Assembly: GCA_010093815.1 (NCBI GenBank)
Contig: ML996565.1
DNA length: 64,000 nt
Source of the DNA: Pseudovirgaria hyperparasitica
Lineage: Eukaryota
Strand: one strand, 5' to 3'
Shown: piece by piece, positions 36,660 through 50,035 of the stretch
Numbering within the stretch: the stretch's first letter is position 1
How the letters are laid out: each line of letters begins with the position of its first letter
Notes under the pieces: generated by a model
What the model was told of the DNA's origin: nothing
Databases searched by the model: none
Seen by the model: only the letters and a program-made list of their open reading frames with translations
Position numbers and translations under genes: made by a program

Positions 36660-37052
36660 TCAGTCCTTGCGCAAAGCGTCTCTTGACTCCCACCACGGCG
36701 TTCCCTCTGCTTCATCATCACCACCCTCTTCCACCACGCCTCTATTCGTCCACCAACCATGAATCCAGCGTGCATACGTATACGTTTCTGCAGTTCCAAC
36801 GACCGAGAGCGCAGCGATGAGAAAGTATTTTGTGCCTCTCGTTGCGCCCAAATCCTCTAGGCTGAACTTTGGCTGGTTTGTGCTGCCTTGTCCAGGGCTG
36901 GACGGGTTTGCTTGTGCCAATGTATTGCACCAAGTCGTTGCGAATGACGAAACCTGGAGTTTGGAATGCACATGACAACGTAGATTTGCTCGTGCTAAGT
37001 GCAGCTTGGTCGGAGACTGTGCCGAGAAGTGTCTAGCAAAAAGATTTGACAT
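36660..37052 (-). CDS. Small hypothetical protein, putative mitochondrial, one TM helix
   Basis: Arg/Ser-rich, acid-free N-terminus (MSNLFARHFSAQ...), PKFSLEDLGA then hydrophobic FLIAALSVVGTAE. Confidence 0.55.
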   Translation of the reverse strand: MSNLFARHFSAQSPTKLHLARANLRCHVHSKLQVSSFATTWCNTLAQANPSSPGQGSTNQPKFSLEDLGATRGTKYFLIAALSVVGTAETYTYARWIHGWWTNRGVVEEGGDDEAEGTPWWESRDALRKD

Positions 37053-37262
37053 GGCGGAGAATTGACAAAATGGATATATGGTTAACAGCACCAACTCAGC
37101 TCGAGTGGTCGCGAGCTATATAGCGAATATATGTATGTACTCTCGCAAAGTCTACCAAAATGACACATATCTTACAGTCATACTTTCATTTCCGCGTATA
37201 AGTTCTTGGCAAGTTCGCACGAGACTTTTGGCCCCCCTTTCGATCATTATATTCCGTTCTAA

Positions 37263-37878
37263 TTACCTTACACTCCCCATCTCACTGATATTATTAGACG
37301 GCAATTCTCTGCTTGGTGGAACCCCGCTGACTTCTGAGACTGGTGCTGAGTACCTATTGTGCTGATAAGTGGGCGGATAGTCATCCTGTGGTGTTGCCTT
37401 ATAGCTGTAGCCGGTGTATTGAGTTCCCTGCGGCATTGGCGAGTTGTTGGCTCCATCAATGAAGGTTGCCGGTTTCGATGCCTCGAAAGCTGGCTGGTAC
37501 TGGTCGGCAGCTCTTCTCCTACGGCGGCGTTGGATGAAACAGCATGCTACCGTGGCCAGGAATAGTGGGATTCCCACACCCAGCCCTACTGCCAGACCGA
37601 TGATGACCTTTCTTGTTGTATCGACGGTCTTCTTGGCAGAGTTATAGTTTCTGGTGAAGTCGCTGTCCGCCGACGCGCTGTCAACGCTGGACTAAGACGA
37701 AGGGAAGGAGAAGGAGGTGAATGTTGTTTGTCTAGGTCGGATCCGGCTGGGTTCTGAATGCACAGCATCGGCGCCTATCATCACTCGTGGAGTCGCCAGG
37801 CATGTTTGGACTAAGAAGAGCAGGAAGAATACTGTATAGAGTGTGCTGGACAGAGAGAAGCGTGTAAAGAGACTCATT
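37263..37878 (-). pseudogene. Signal-peptide plus single-TM protein gene interrupted by an in-frame TAG at 37692-37694
   Basis: MSLF...TVFFLLFLVQTCLA-TPR...RPRQTTFTSFSFPSS*SSVDSAS...KVIIGLAVGLGVGIPLFLATVACCFIQRRRRRR...VSEVSG...ISEMGSVR, all in one frame. Confidence 0.6.
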
Positions 37879-38803
37879 TTGAAAGCGAGTATCGTTGAGG
37901 TGAGCATTATTACCGGTCGAAGGATATAGACACCTTTATAGATTATAAACTACCATGGCGAAGTCTAGTCCTGGTGAGATTGTTACATTCTAGCGCACGC
38001 TATGTTCACGTGTCAAGCCAATTATAACTCTTGCGAGGCCGAATGTAGTTTAACATTTGGAGTCGTGGCTGTGAAGACTGGCAGAGATCATCGACCCACT
38101 ACGTCATTTGCCTGTATACATCGATACTGAAATAGTCCAGGGTGTGGCTGAGTGGAAAGATGCCGAGCAAGTCGACGGGCGATGCAGTAAAAATTGCATG
38201 ATTGGACGAGAATGATATAATCAGATGGAGAGGAAGGACGGCCAACCCGAAAGCGAGATGATGTTTTGGCCCCCATCTACAACATCACCCTCTTCTACCT
38301 CGATTAGGCAAGTCTTAGTCTTGGCAGCTTCGGTAGCTATTTGGCCTAAGGCAGACACAGCCCAGCCTCCGAGGTACGTCTGCCACAGATAATTATCTGC
38401 TACCGGTCGCGTATCATCAGTTCCCCTATCCACTCCATCATTCTGCAACGCATGTTTGAGAGATGTGGCCTTATAACGATTGCCTGAAACCATCCATTCC
38501 GTGGTAGAGCATCACGTTGGTCTGTCTACGACTGCCGAACATATCCATTTAAGCTCCTGTCTTCTCTCCAACAGACTTGGCCGCGACGTGGAATCCTTCC
38601 CAAACCTGTCATGCGACCATGCGCAAATATTGCACAGTGTATGAACGAGAGACATGGCTGAGTATGTCACTCGATGGGGCGGCCCTCGTTGCTGTTGGGA
38701 TAGAAGAGAAGCAGTCATTCCATCAGATTCTTGATTCGTGTCCGCAGGTCGTTCTTTATATATCAAAGTCATTCTTCACATGTTATCATTCCAAGCCAGA
38801 ACC

Positions 38804-39391
38804 ATGAGACTTGCAATCGTCTTAACCGCTCTGGCCATCACCGTGGCCGCCATTCCTGCTCCTCGGCGAGGTCGTCCTCTTCTGTTCAATGACTTCGGAA
38901 CTACTGCTCCTCCACAGAATACACCGCCCGTGGGTGTAGATAATCCACAGAACGGTGTAGACGCCCAGGATACAAACAACGATGCGAATGCCCAAAACGC
39001 AGCCGCGAACGACCAGCAGCCCCCTAAAAACAACAACAATGGAGGAGGCACAATCGATCTGGCACTCATCCCGGACTTCGGCATAACCGCCGGAAATCCG
39101 CTTCCTGGTACCAGCGACTGCATCGGCTCAGTGCCCGGTGTGCCCATACCGTGCACATGTCCACCCTCAAAAGAAGCCTTCGCCGCCAAGTTACAGGAGT
39201 TTTTGGCCGCGGGCCAGACGCCCGCCGGCGCGGCGGTCAGCTTTCCGGCAGGGAATAGTAAACAGGACCAGATTGTCAGAATTGATACGGCACTGGTAAC
39301 GCTGCAGAGTTTTACCGGGCAGCCTGGAGTGGGATGTCCGGCGAGCAGTACGACGCTGTTGGAGCAGAAAAGAGCTTTGCAGCAGGGGTGA
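38804..39391 (+). CDS. Small secreted Cys-containing protein
   Basis: Signal peptide MRLAIVLTALAITVAA, dibasic RR site, Asn/Gln linker, then domain IPDFG..DC..IPCTCPP...TLQ..G..GVGCPASSTT; TATA-like TATATA at ~38757. Confidence 0.8.
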   Translation: MRLAIVLTALAITVAAIPAPRRGRPLLFNDFGTTAPPQNTPPVGVDNPQNGVDAQDTNNDANAQNAAANDQQPPKNNNNGGGTIDLALIPDFGITAGNPLPGTSDCIGSVPGVPIPCTCPPSKEAFAAKLQEFLAAGQTPAGAAVSFPAGNSKQDQIVRIDTALVTLQSFTGQPGVGCPASSTTLLEQKRALQQG

Positions 39392-39509
39392 AGGTTGAAT
39401 AGTCTCTATGGACATTAAGAACCTTTAGATTGTCTAGTGGATTGGGGTGAGGCTTATTGGCGCTACGATATATCCTTTTGTCATGATGGTTTCTGATATT
39501 CTATGCCTT

Positions 39510-41416
39510 CTACTTTTCCCCTTGTTCGTTATCCTCTTTTTCTTTCTGTTCTATCCGTAGGCGTCTTGCTTCTCTCCATTGTGGTCCAAACTTCGGTAGC
39601 AGCAATAAAATCGGGCTTGTGGCAAACAGCACAAGCGAAACAAATGTAAAACACCACCCTCGTCCCATCTTCTCTATCATCTCAATGATAATGGCTGCAC
39701 CACCCGCGCCGACAAGGCATCGTACCAGATTATTAGCTGCCGTGGCAGTCGCTGGACTCTGCGGATACAGATCAATCAACAACACACTCATCACATTGAA
39801 CGCCCCCGTCTGACACATGCCCATCAGGAACTGCAACACCAATGAGATTGCAAGATGCGCTTCTACTTGGAGCACCCAGCCGTATACCAAGAACATCGTG
39901 TTACCAACGATGAATAATGGCCATGCGACTTGTATGCGGGTACGCTCGATTGGGAAATTCTTAAGGTCGTCGCCGCGTTTACGGTCGATTGGGAATCCAA
40001 TTTTGGCGGCTATGCGCCGATAATTACAGTCCATGGCGCGGCCACTTATAAGCGGGGCGATGAGGGAGCCCATGCCGTACGGGAGGAAGCAGAGGCCGAT
40101 CTGGAGGTTGTCGAAGCCATAGATGGTCTCGAAGAGATATGGCGTGGAGCCTGTGGCTGTTAGCCTCGCAAGTACGTTTGTTAGGGTAATAGGACAGCAG
40201 GATATTCCGGTGATTGATTAGAGAAGGAAGACATGGCCGGAACTTGATCGAACAGTAAATTTCTAAACAATAAGGTGCCGACTTACCGACGATACAGTAG
40301 CATGATGTGTATATCAAAGAGTTCACGATCAAAAGCATGCAGACATCCTTCTCTACGATAACTTTAAGCGTGTTCAGGGGATTTGGCCAACGCAGCTTCC
40401 GTTTGCTAGCGAGACGAGCTTGCGCCTGGCGTAGAGTCTCTCGTGATGTAGTTCGTTCAAGTTCGTTTGTGTCTCTGGCCACCCTGCGAACTTGAAGATA
40501 GTTCAAGAGAGACATGTTCCAACCCTGTGGAGGAATGCTACCGTTGCCTACAACGTTATGTGCTGTCTCCGGAAATGTTATAAGGAAGGGAATGAGGTAG
40601 GCTCCAGCAAGGATGATGAGAAAAAAGAAGATCCAACGCCAACCAAGATATTGAGCAAAGATACCACCTAGAACAGGTCCGAGAGCCGGAGCGATCATTG
40701 GTCCACTGGTCACCCAGCCCATCCAAACACCACGTTCTGCGCTGGTTGCAATGTCTGCTACGACACCGCTCCCCATGGCAATGGTTCCGCTCGAGCCAGT
40801 ACTTTGGAGACATCGAAGGACCAGAAGAGCCGCAAATGAATTCTGAAGGGCCAAGCCTATGTTGGCACCTATGTATATAATGAAACCAAGCACTAAGTGA
40901 GTCAGTAACTTGAAAGTCCTCAGGGTTGATTTAATGCAGACCGTAAGCAGGACGTCTTCCGGCACTATCAGCGAGATCTCCAAATATAGTCGGTGCCAGC
41001 CCCTGGAATATCATGTATGTAGTGAGTGTGAGATTTATCAGAGCAGCCGAAACCTTGTAGTCCTCGGTAAGCGTATTCAGCGCTGGAAAATATATATTGG
41101 CCGATAGTGGCGAGAATAAACCGGCGAGAGCTGTCATGAAAACAATGAATTGTTTCTGCCCAAGAGTGAACACTGAGTATATTGGTGCTTCTGATCGTAC
41201 TGACGGGGCGGCTTCGATGTCAGCGCCATGTTCTTCTTTGTCGGAGCTCGCAGCTTGGTCCTGAAGGCTCGTGGTTGAGGAAGGCGATGAACTTGATATG
41301 TCTAACTCCTTTGACTTCTCTCCGATTGATCTTTCTGTGTTAATCATGGCGATCACGCCATTTGGCGCCACTGGCAAAGCTTTTGCCATCTCAGCGTCAT
41401 TGACATGGAGAGTCAT
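39510..41416 (-). CDS. MFS drug:H+ antiporter (DHA1, Qdr-like); introns 40893-40941, 40151-40286
   Basis: FSPLSANIYFPAL, GDLADSAGRRP, LRCLQSTGSSG, GPVLGG..WRWIF..FPET, ATAANNLVRC. Confidence 0.9.
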
Positions 41417-42020
41417 GATTTTCCACTGTATTTTGCTAGAATATCAAGCATGAAGAAACCAGAGGGAGTAAGAAACGGGTTTATGAAATGTCGAAAAAGG
41501 GTTTCCACCCTGCATGCACATGATGATGACTTGCGGTAGCCTGATGAGAACGGACTGTTATCTGTGCAATGTCGTCTAACCGTTTAAGAGGCATTCTCCA
41601 CTGCGGTAGGTAAGGCCACCATCGAAAAATTGGTGAAGCATCTCCACTACCTCGTTTCCGTACCGGTAAAGGGCCGTGGTAAGGTGGTGATCAACAGGGG
41701 CGAATGGCATGTCCGAAAGTGAGTCACGTAGTAAAAGATATATTAAGTTCAGATCCAATGTAGAAAGGTAGCCACGAAACGGCACAAAAGCCGATCATAA
41801 ATTAAAGTTCAATGCGGGGTCAGGATCAGGGTTGTATAAATGGAGGTCAGCGGAACCGGAATGTCTTGTTATGCTATGTACCATGAACTATCATCTATGA
41901 ATGGATAAATGATCAGCCACACGTGGCGCTCCTCAAGTGTGGCTGAATCCGTGCTGTCAACTTTCCACTCCGATGTCATTGCGCCCACACACACCATGCC
42001 AAACACATGAACTCTCCAGT

Positions 42021-43203
42021 ATGGACCTTGTGCCCCAATTCAATGAGCTCCTCGTCAAACACAACAGCAAGCCCATTGAACTCTATGTATTCAAGCTGCG
42101 CAATGTCGACGCCTTCCTTCAGGAGGCATATACCATAGTACGTCACACAGAACCCGCCCAAGTAGGGACCTGATATACTCAACGTCACCAGAACAAACGC
42201 ATATCAGAGCTCACAACCTATCTCCGCTCCATACGCCAAGCCTACCTCTCTGTTCAGCCTCCATCCCGCCGCAAACAAGTCTTAAGCACTCAGAGCAATG
42301 ATGCAGACCGACGGCACCTCACCGACGCCCAACGCGCCTCCATAGACGCCGACGCAAAGCAACTGCTCCGCGAGCTCAACACCGCCGTTAGCAATCTCTC
42401 CGAGGCCGAATCTGTGCGTCAATCCACAGACTCTGCGGTCGCAATCAAGAAGCGTGCTCGACAAGGTCTCGGAGCACTGGGACGATGGGCGGCGGGAGGG
42501 GCCGTTACCGCGAAGAGTCCTGCGGAGCTCGAGATCGAGGCGAAAGCCAACACGATAAAGATGCATCGCGAGAGTGTGATTTGGTATCTTCAAAGAAAAC
42601 TGGAGGCGTGTGGGCGGTTGCAGGGCGAGATGATGGACATTCGCATCACACGGGAGGTGGAGAAGAGCAAAAGCGCTTTGTACAAGGCACGGGGCGGTAT
42701 GGCCATGCAGGAAGACACTTCTCCCATCAATGGCTTCGGAGAGACGAAGGAATATAGCACCAATTATCTTGCCTCGAAAGCTGCGCTGGATGATGACCAG
42801 CGGCAAGAGCTCGAGCAACAGTTAAGTCCAGAGCAACTGCAGCTATTCGCACAAGAAAACCAAGACATGCTGAAGCACTATGAGGATACATTAGACCAAG
42901 TCAGGTAAGCCCAATGGCTCCCATTATCCCCCCCCAAGCACCAGTACTCATACCCCCCCTAGAACCGCCGAGAAGTCCCTCCTCGAAATATCCGAACTGC
43001 AAAGCACACTCGTCGGCAACCTCGCCATGCAACAAGAGCACATCGACCTCCTCATCCAAGACTCCCACCAAACAGAAGAAAACATAGGTGGCGGCAACAA
43101 AGAGCTGAAGCGAGCAGCGGAAAGGAAAAGCACAGCGCAGATGGTATTCTATGGGACCATGGCATTCTGCGCCACACTTGTCGTATGGGATCTCCTGATA
43201 TGA
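42021..43203 (+). CDS. UFE1: ER t-SNARE Ufe1 / syntaxin-18 (introns ~42138-42191, ~42904-42963)
   Basis: FLQEAY..I..L..YLRSIR.AYL; HRESVIWYL; QLFAQEN..ML; AEKSLLEISELQ; GGNKELKRA; C-terminal TM ending WDLLI. Confidence 0.85.
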
Positions 43204-44233
43204 CCCCATCCATACACAATGGACTGGGTGCCACATTCACATTCGCACATTCACAGCACAAAAATACATATGTCAGCCATCCTCTCCTTCCTCTACGAGC
43301 CGTGATTGCGTGCTTTTCGGCATTTCCGACCTCACGCCGCAGAGCTACATGCCACATGTTCTCAAGCCCGTAGCCTTAACCCCCCTCCTTTCATCACTCG
43401 TCGTCAAATACCGATTTCCCAAGTACCTCTCTCCGAATCCCACCTCCTGAAAGCCCGCACGTAAATTACATATACAGCTTCTCCGCTGCCGTCATACTCT
43501 AATGATATCTGCGATGAACATCATCCGACTCTGTTCTTCCTGCTCTTCCTACCCGGCCTTCTCCCCGTTCCCGCTTTTTTATAATTTCCTTACTTGCACT
43601 CAACACTAACACCAGCCCTAGCTTGCTGAAGTTGCCTGCAATCATCTGCATAGTCGCGTCGGGCTGTTGGGTGGAGGAGTGGTGACCGATGGAATTTGTA
43701 GTCGAGGTCGAGTACTGGAGTAGAGATGGAGAGTAGACGTGCGACTATGTAGGGAAGGGCAGACGACTCCATACGTATATATATACACGCAACCTACAGC
43801 GAAAATTGGATTGTGAGATATAGTGAGTAGCGTTCAAGGGGCGTCTAGGATAGCACGCGAAGAAAGTGCACAGGATTCTGTCTAGTGACTCGGGAGATAG
43901 ATCGCTTTGCTATCAATCAGTGCTTTGCTATATAGAATTACAAAAGGATTTTAGTGTGCGTGTAATTGAAGCAGCCGGGTAATGGTAAGGGTCATGATAC
44001 CACAAGATCGCAAGCGCCTCCGCGGAAATGCCGATCCGAAACTCCTGGCAGATTAAGAGAAACAATTTTCTTTTCGGACTCTTGTACAGAGATTATGACA
44101 ATCAGTCATACTATGTGATGTGATATATTAGCCTTTGTGACGACATCTTGGTCCCGATCGAACGCGGTATCAGCCGTTTTGAAGATCGGTAGACTATTAT
44201 GCTGTCGCTGTGCTAATCCGCAAGAATCTTTCT

Positions 44234-45890
44234 TCAGACTTCGTTATGGGTTGGGGCGGCTTGTGCGGCGATGTGTCCGTCATCGTCCGAGTCGCTCGTG
44301 CGTTGGTTGTAGACGCTCTTCCGTGTCTTCAGATTTGCGTTCGCCTTGGTCATGAGTGCCTCACGTATCTCTTCTTTTGACCTAGTCGACCAAGTGCTCG
44401 AGCCCTTGTCGCTCAGAGGCCATAATATCAGGTTGTCGATGGCACCAATGAAGTCAACCGGCTTTGGAGGTGGTGCAGCCGTGATGATGTCGATATCTTC
44501 TGCGATCTCGTTGCAGAAGTCGTCGAGGGGTAAGTCGTTCACATCGCTACCGAATGGATTCTCGATCTCACGACCAATCATGGCGAGACCGAGGATGATG
44601 TACGCCGAGAAAATGCATCCAGGAATTGTAACCCACTTAAGTTTGGCCCAGAGTTGGAATGGCAAACATAGAACGTACACCCATGTAACTGCAGCTTTGT
44701 TAGACCAGTTGAGGGATAGAGACGGGATAACTTACTCTGTGAGATGCAAATATTGTAAGCCAGAGGCATGGGAGTATTGAGGACACGTTCACAGCCCGTC
44801 ATCACCTCATTCATGGCGACAATACTGTTGATTACAATGGTCTGGTGGCCAGGAACCGGCAGTGTTCCGTTCTCGATCAGGGATTCGTTGTAAGCAGTCA
44901 AATATTTAAGGACCTCTAGTGGTAAGTTGCCGATCGGCTTCTTCGCATTTGCACGCTTGATATACTTGCGTGGGTTGGACTCAGCGAAAGAGATACCCAG
45001 GTATTCACCAGTGGCCTTCCATGGGGTCTTCTGTTTGGGCATAGGTATGGTTTCTTCGGCCGCTTTAGCGAATGAATCGATGTATCCAACCAGACCTCGT
45101 AGATCCTCATGGTGAATGCCAGGCTCGAACCGCAGCTTGTGCTTCAGAGAGACGGCGAATGCATTGATAAGATTCAGCGCAGTTCTACGAGTCTGTCAGG
45201 ATCCAGGTGTGCGAGAGTTGACTACCAGAAGGAATCAATTGACTTACAGCTTGCCAAGAAGATCCTGCTTTCCTTCCTCGCCCGGGCGTTCTTTCCCATT
45301 TACCCAGTAGACACGAGAAAGGTTCTGTGCAGTGAACTGGAGCTGAGCCCAGTATTTGCGACCTTCAGTGAAACGCTCATACGCAGTTGACGAACGGAAA
45401 GATAGCCCCAAACCAACAACGAAACCGAGCACTGTCAAAAGCAAAGAGTCCACGGTGACTGGTTGAAACGTCAGCTCGTCTCCGGAGGATTTCTCGAACT
45501 GAGTTACGTACGTGGGTAAACATAGTGACTAATGAGGGTAATGGCGGTCGACCATCCAGCAATGAAGGTCAGCGGTAGAATCATCTTTGGCAAGATGCTG
45601 CCATGTAGACGCATGAAAAATGGCCACTTCGAGTGCTTGGATACATCTCTCGGCCCAACAAAGTAGTCGTCCAAATCGATGCTATTCGTCTTCCGTCTGC
45701 GGTTGACATGATGAGCCTGCCACGACATTGGTGACATAGGAGGAGCGAAGCCGGTATGACTCTTTCTTGGGATCTCGGCTGAAACTGGAGACAAGTTGTT
45801 CTTCTCGTGCGTGTCGAGACCTTCAATGGTCTGCTTGCCAACGGTGGAAGTAACGCTACCGTCGATGCTGTCCATCGTATGGGAGGTCAT
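44234..45890 (-). CDS. Bestrophin-like / UPF0187 (YneE) anion-channel family protein, multi-exon
   Basis: LTVLGFVVGLGLSFRSSTAYERF.EGRKYW, CERVLNTPMPLAY, GREIENPFGSDVNDLPLD. Confidence 0.9.
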
Positions 45891-46975
45891 TGTGGACTGA
45901 AGAGTAGCTAAAGAGCGCGGCTAGAAAAAGGCAAAGGCAGGAAAAGCGAGAGTGTGAAGATGGACAAAGAAGCAGGGCCGCCGGCGACCTGTGATGAACC
46001 GTGGAGACAGGGAAGAGAAGCAGGAGGAGGTGAAGAGAAAGAAGATGCAAAAGATGAATTCTCGGGTTCCAACGTTAATATCCTTCCATTGACCTCTCAT
46101 TCTGATCAAACAAAGCCGACGGCGCCACCAGCTGGCCCTAGCGCAACGTGTGCGCCGTCTGCCGTACTTGGCTGCCTCCTGGGGCGCCCCTTCCTCCGCC
46201 AATTACAAGCTGCGTGCCTCCCCAAACAGGCGAAGCTCCCGCTCGGCCACACGATTCTCTCCTGTAGAATTACGCGATGGCATCAAGGGGAAAAAACTAA
46301 AATGCGCCTCTTCCCGTTCCTCCTAGGGCGCGCGTCAAACCAGATGCATGATGCATATGCGTCTTGTTGTCTCGCTCTGGTTAATCATCACTAATATCCC
46401 GTCCTCCTTGCTTCTCCAACATGTCGGTGTTTCATCTTGCTTATACGTGCCTTTCCCAAATACCAGGGTCGTCCCTACGTGGGACAGCCTCACCTCCATC
46501 TTCGCGTCTGTTCCGATTCCCAACATGCAAAGTCGGGACCGCTTGCTTTCGGACCTTCTCCTATACTTGGCTGCATTCTGACTCCAACAACTAATTGGCG
46601 CTCGTCGCGCTTTGAGTGACCTCCTAACGCCAGTGGATGAGGGGTCGGCAAATTCTGCTCCCTCAGTAATGCATATTGTTCTATTTTGAAATTGTTGGTG
46701 GCCCCCAGGGTACCCACAAGAACAACACATCTAGTCTGCGCAGCCTTTTGTTTAGTTGCCACATGGTACACATACTAATTTCTCAACGGGTATAAAATTC
46801 GTATCAATCTACTATCGTCAAGTTGTGCACGAACGAGACGGGTATTGAATGGTAGAGACGACATGGCCGGCCGCAACTGCAGTCTTTCCAACCGTATCGT
46901 ACTACTCTGACGCCTATACGTAGCCCCACCATCCATTGTGGTGTCAAGTGACAAGCGAAAAACATTACTTTTCTT

Positions 46976-49122
46976 CTACCTGCGTTGCGTCTTGCCCATA
47001 CCACGCTTGCCGGCCAACTAGATATGAAGTTAGCATTTTCATCGCGGTACGAGGCCATGGCCGTGGGACTCACAAGATGCTTGGGTCTCGATTCTGGCAC
47101 GTGCCTATCGGCCTCTCCCTGCCGGGCCATGCGGTTCATCTTCCTCTGACTCAACTTCTGCAGACGATCCGCCATCTCCTTCGCATGTGGATTTCTCACG
47201 CCACCCGTGACACCATCATCTCTGCGATTGGTACTCTGGCTACGGCCACGGCTCTTTGCACGCTGGCTTGCGGTCCGCGGTGTGTCAATGTCCATGGCAT
47301 CCGTGTCTGCTACACTGCGACCACGTGCAACGCTGCGGCCCCGAGACTGTGCGCGTGCACGAGTAGAGATGGCGTCAGTATCGAGTCCAATCTCTGCAAA
47401 GTGCGATTGCATCTTGCTAAGTGGTTTCTTGACTGCATGTCGAGGTAAGGCTGCCCTGCCCTTCATATTCTTCTTCAAGCGAGCATCGTTGCGGATGAGC
47501 TGGCGTTTGGTCCGGATTGCCTCGGCCTTCTCCGCGATCTCAACATCGGAAGCATCCTCGAGAGAGTCAGACTCGTCATAGTAACCCTCAGCTTCGAGGC
47601 GCTCTTCTTCCGCTTCGAGATCGGCAAGCTTCGAGTCGATGTCTGGATCAATAAAGTCATATACATTTTGACCATTGACAACCTCGGGAATCTTGTCGTT
47701 CTTCCAGTCATCATCCTCAAGAAGATAGTTCTTCTTGAGATTGATGTTGTACACACCAGCACCACCTTCTTCTTCTTCGATATCTCGCTCGAGTTTGCGT
47801 CTGTTGGGGTCTTCCTTGTCATACTTGACACGATTCTTGACAGCGTCGGGGATGTACACTTCTCTGACAATGCCACCCATAGGCTGGGCGACGTGAATGC
47901 GACGAAGAAGTTCACCAAGACGCCCAGTGGGCTCACCAGAATTGTTTGTACCTGCCTTGAGCTTCTCAGAATTGCGAATGGCAAGAAGACGGTCACAAGC
48001 TGCGTTGCGAACGTTCATAAGGCCCTCGGTAGTGGTGCAGGATAGCTGCAGAATCTCTACCTCCCCAGATTTTTGCATTCCCTGAAGTCTTTCTTGAGTC
48101 TCGGCATCCAGATCCTCAGGTTTCATCAGATCGATCTTGTTAATGACGACAAAGACTAATTTATTTGCGAACAGCGGTTTTATCGAGTTGAAGAGATCGA
48201 TTTGTGCAGACACTGAATATCCACATTGCTCGGAAAGGTCCATGAAATAGAGAATAGCAGATCGTAAGTGCGCAATGGCAGTGATGGACTGCATTTCGAT
48301 GGTATTCATCTCCTCGAGTGGGTGGTCCAGAATACCGGGTGTGTCAATAGCCTGAAACCGCAGCATCTTGTAGTCAAAATGACCTACGAACAGGCTCTTT
48401 GTCGTGAATGCATACGGTTGTACATCCACATCAGCTCTCGAGATCCCCTTCAAGAAGCTTGATTTGCCGACATTTGGGTATCCACAAATTAGCAATGTGC
48501 GCGTGTTCGGATCGATAGACGGCAGACGTCCAAGATGCTGCCTCACTTGTTCGAGATAGAGGAGAGGATCTTTCAGGCGTTTGCAAATGGTTGCCATGCG
48601 GCCAAGCGCGGCCCGCTTAAGCTGCTTGCATTGGAACAGGTGCTGTCCATACTTGAGCAGCCGCACATAATCTCTTGCCACAGTCTCAATTAGGTGCTTC
48701 GCAGTGGACAGTTGACCAAGAGCGATTCGAAAATGATCAGCGTCGTAGAGAGTGTTTAGAAGGTCCTTGTCTGTGTTTTCCGTGTGAGTAATCTCTCCGA
48801 ATCATTGTAATTATTACTGGGTCTGACGTACGGAAAGGGTGAATATCTTGGAGGCGGGGAAACCCATCGAGAATGGCTGTGAGCTTTTCCGTAAAGGTCT
48901 CCGCGGTATATTTGACCTTTCTAGTGTAGAACGCTATTGGAGGCATCAGTACTGTAGCCTGCACCTTTTCCTCATAACATTTTCAACCATACCTCGAATT
49001 CTGGTAATCGCGAACCCGGAGCGGATCTGTGTCGGCAAGCGACGCTGGGTCCGACTCAGGACAATATCGAGAAACTCCTGTGATGTCGGCACAGGAGCAA
49101 TGTCCTTCCACGTTGTCTTCAT
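46976..49122 (-). CDS. NOG1: Nucleolar GTP-binding protein 1 (60S biogenesis), multi-exon
   Basis: [57 protein letters not shown]; final exon [13 protein letters not shown]. Confidence 0.96.
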
Positions 49123-49339
49123 CTCGCAAACTCGACGGGGTAGGATTCCTGAGGGCGGCGGTTGGCGGTGTGGAAAGAAGCTGCCGGTGGTTTTTCAAAC
49201 GAGGTCCTATCGATACCGAAAAAAAGTTCTGGCTAGCGTCGAAATCTTGGCAGAGCTGCCACCAGAAGTGAGCATCCCACCACAGGATGAAGTATTCTGT
49301 TTCTCTCGTAAACCATTTACTATACGGTTCTGCGACAAG

Positions 49340-50035
49340 ATGGCTCTTGCAGACCACAAAGCCACCTTTATCCAATCCGCCCTTTCCGCAAATGCCCTTT
49401 CTTTTGGCACTTTCACCCTCAAATCTGGTCGCACATCTCCTTACTTCTTCAACGCCGGCCTCTTTCATCGAGCCTCCCTCTTCCGCTCGATAAGCCTCGC
49501 CTACGCAAACACCCTCGCCTCGCATACTCCAGCGCTCGACTTTGATGTCCTGTTCGGTCCCGCATACAAGGGCATTCCGCTTGCCGCAAGTGTCCTCGAC
49601 AAACTCGCCGGGCTAGACGAGAAGCGGTATGGTGATGTGAGTTACAGTTTCAACCGCAAGGAGGCCAAAGACCACGGCGAGGGCGGCACGATCGTTGGTG
49701 CAGGGCTCAAGGGCAAGAGAGTTGTCATAATTGACGATGTTATCACGGCTGGCACAGCAATTCGCGAGGCGATTGAGATTATCAAAGCGCAAGGGGGCAC
49801 ATTAGTCGGAATTATCGTAGCTTTCGACCGGCAGGAGAAGACACCGGCGAAGGAGGGTGAGGATGAGGTGGCGCCGAGAGGGAGTGCGATTGGGGAGCTC
49901 AGTAGGGCGTATGAGATACCGGTATTGAGTATTTTGAATCTCGATGATGTGGTGCAGTACTTAAAGACGCTTGGGACACCAGAGGATTTGAAACGGCTGG
50001 AGGAATATCGCGAAAGGTACAGGGCTACTGATTGA
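49340..50035 (+). CDS. URA5: Orotate phosphoribosyltransferase
   Basis: [55 protein letters not shown]; true ATG at 49340. Confidence 0.97.
   Translation: MALADHKATFIQSALSANALSFGTFTLKSGRTSPYFFNAGLFHRASLFRSISLAYANTLASHTPALDFDVLFGPAYKGIPLAASVLDKLAGLDEKRYGDVSYSFNRKEAKDHGEGGTIVGAGLKGKRVVIIDDVITAGTAIREAIEIIKAQGGTLVGIIVAFDRQEKTPAKEGEDEVAPRGSAIGELSRAYEIPVLSILNLDDVVQYLKTLGTPEDLKRLEEYRERYRATD

Noticed and set aside
48839..49339. Long N-terminal extension of the URA5 ORF overlapping NOG1
   Set aside because: Non-ATG start, antisense to NOG1 exons; OPRTase homology starts at 49340
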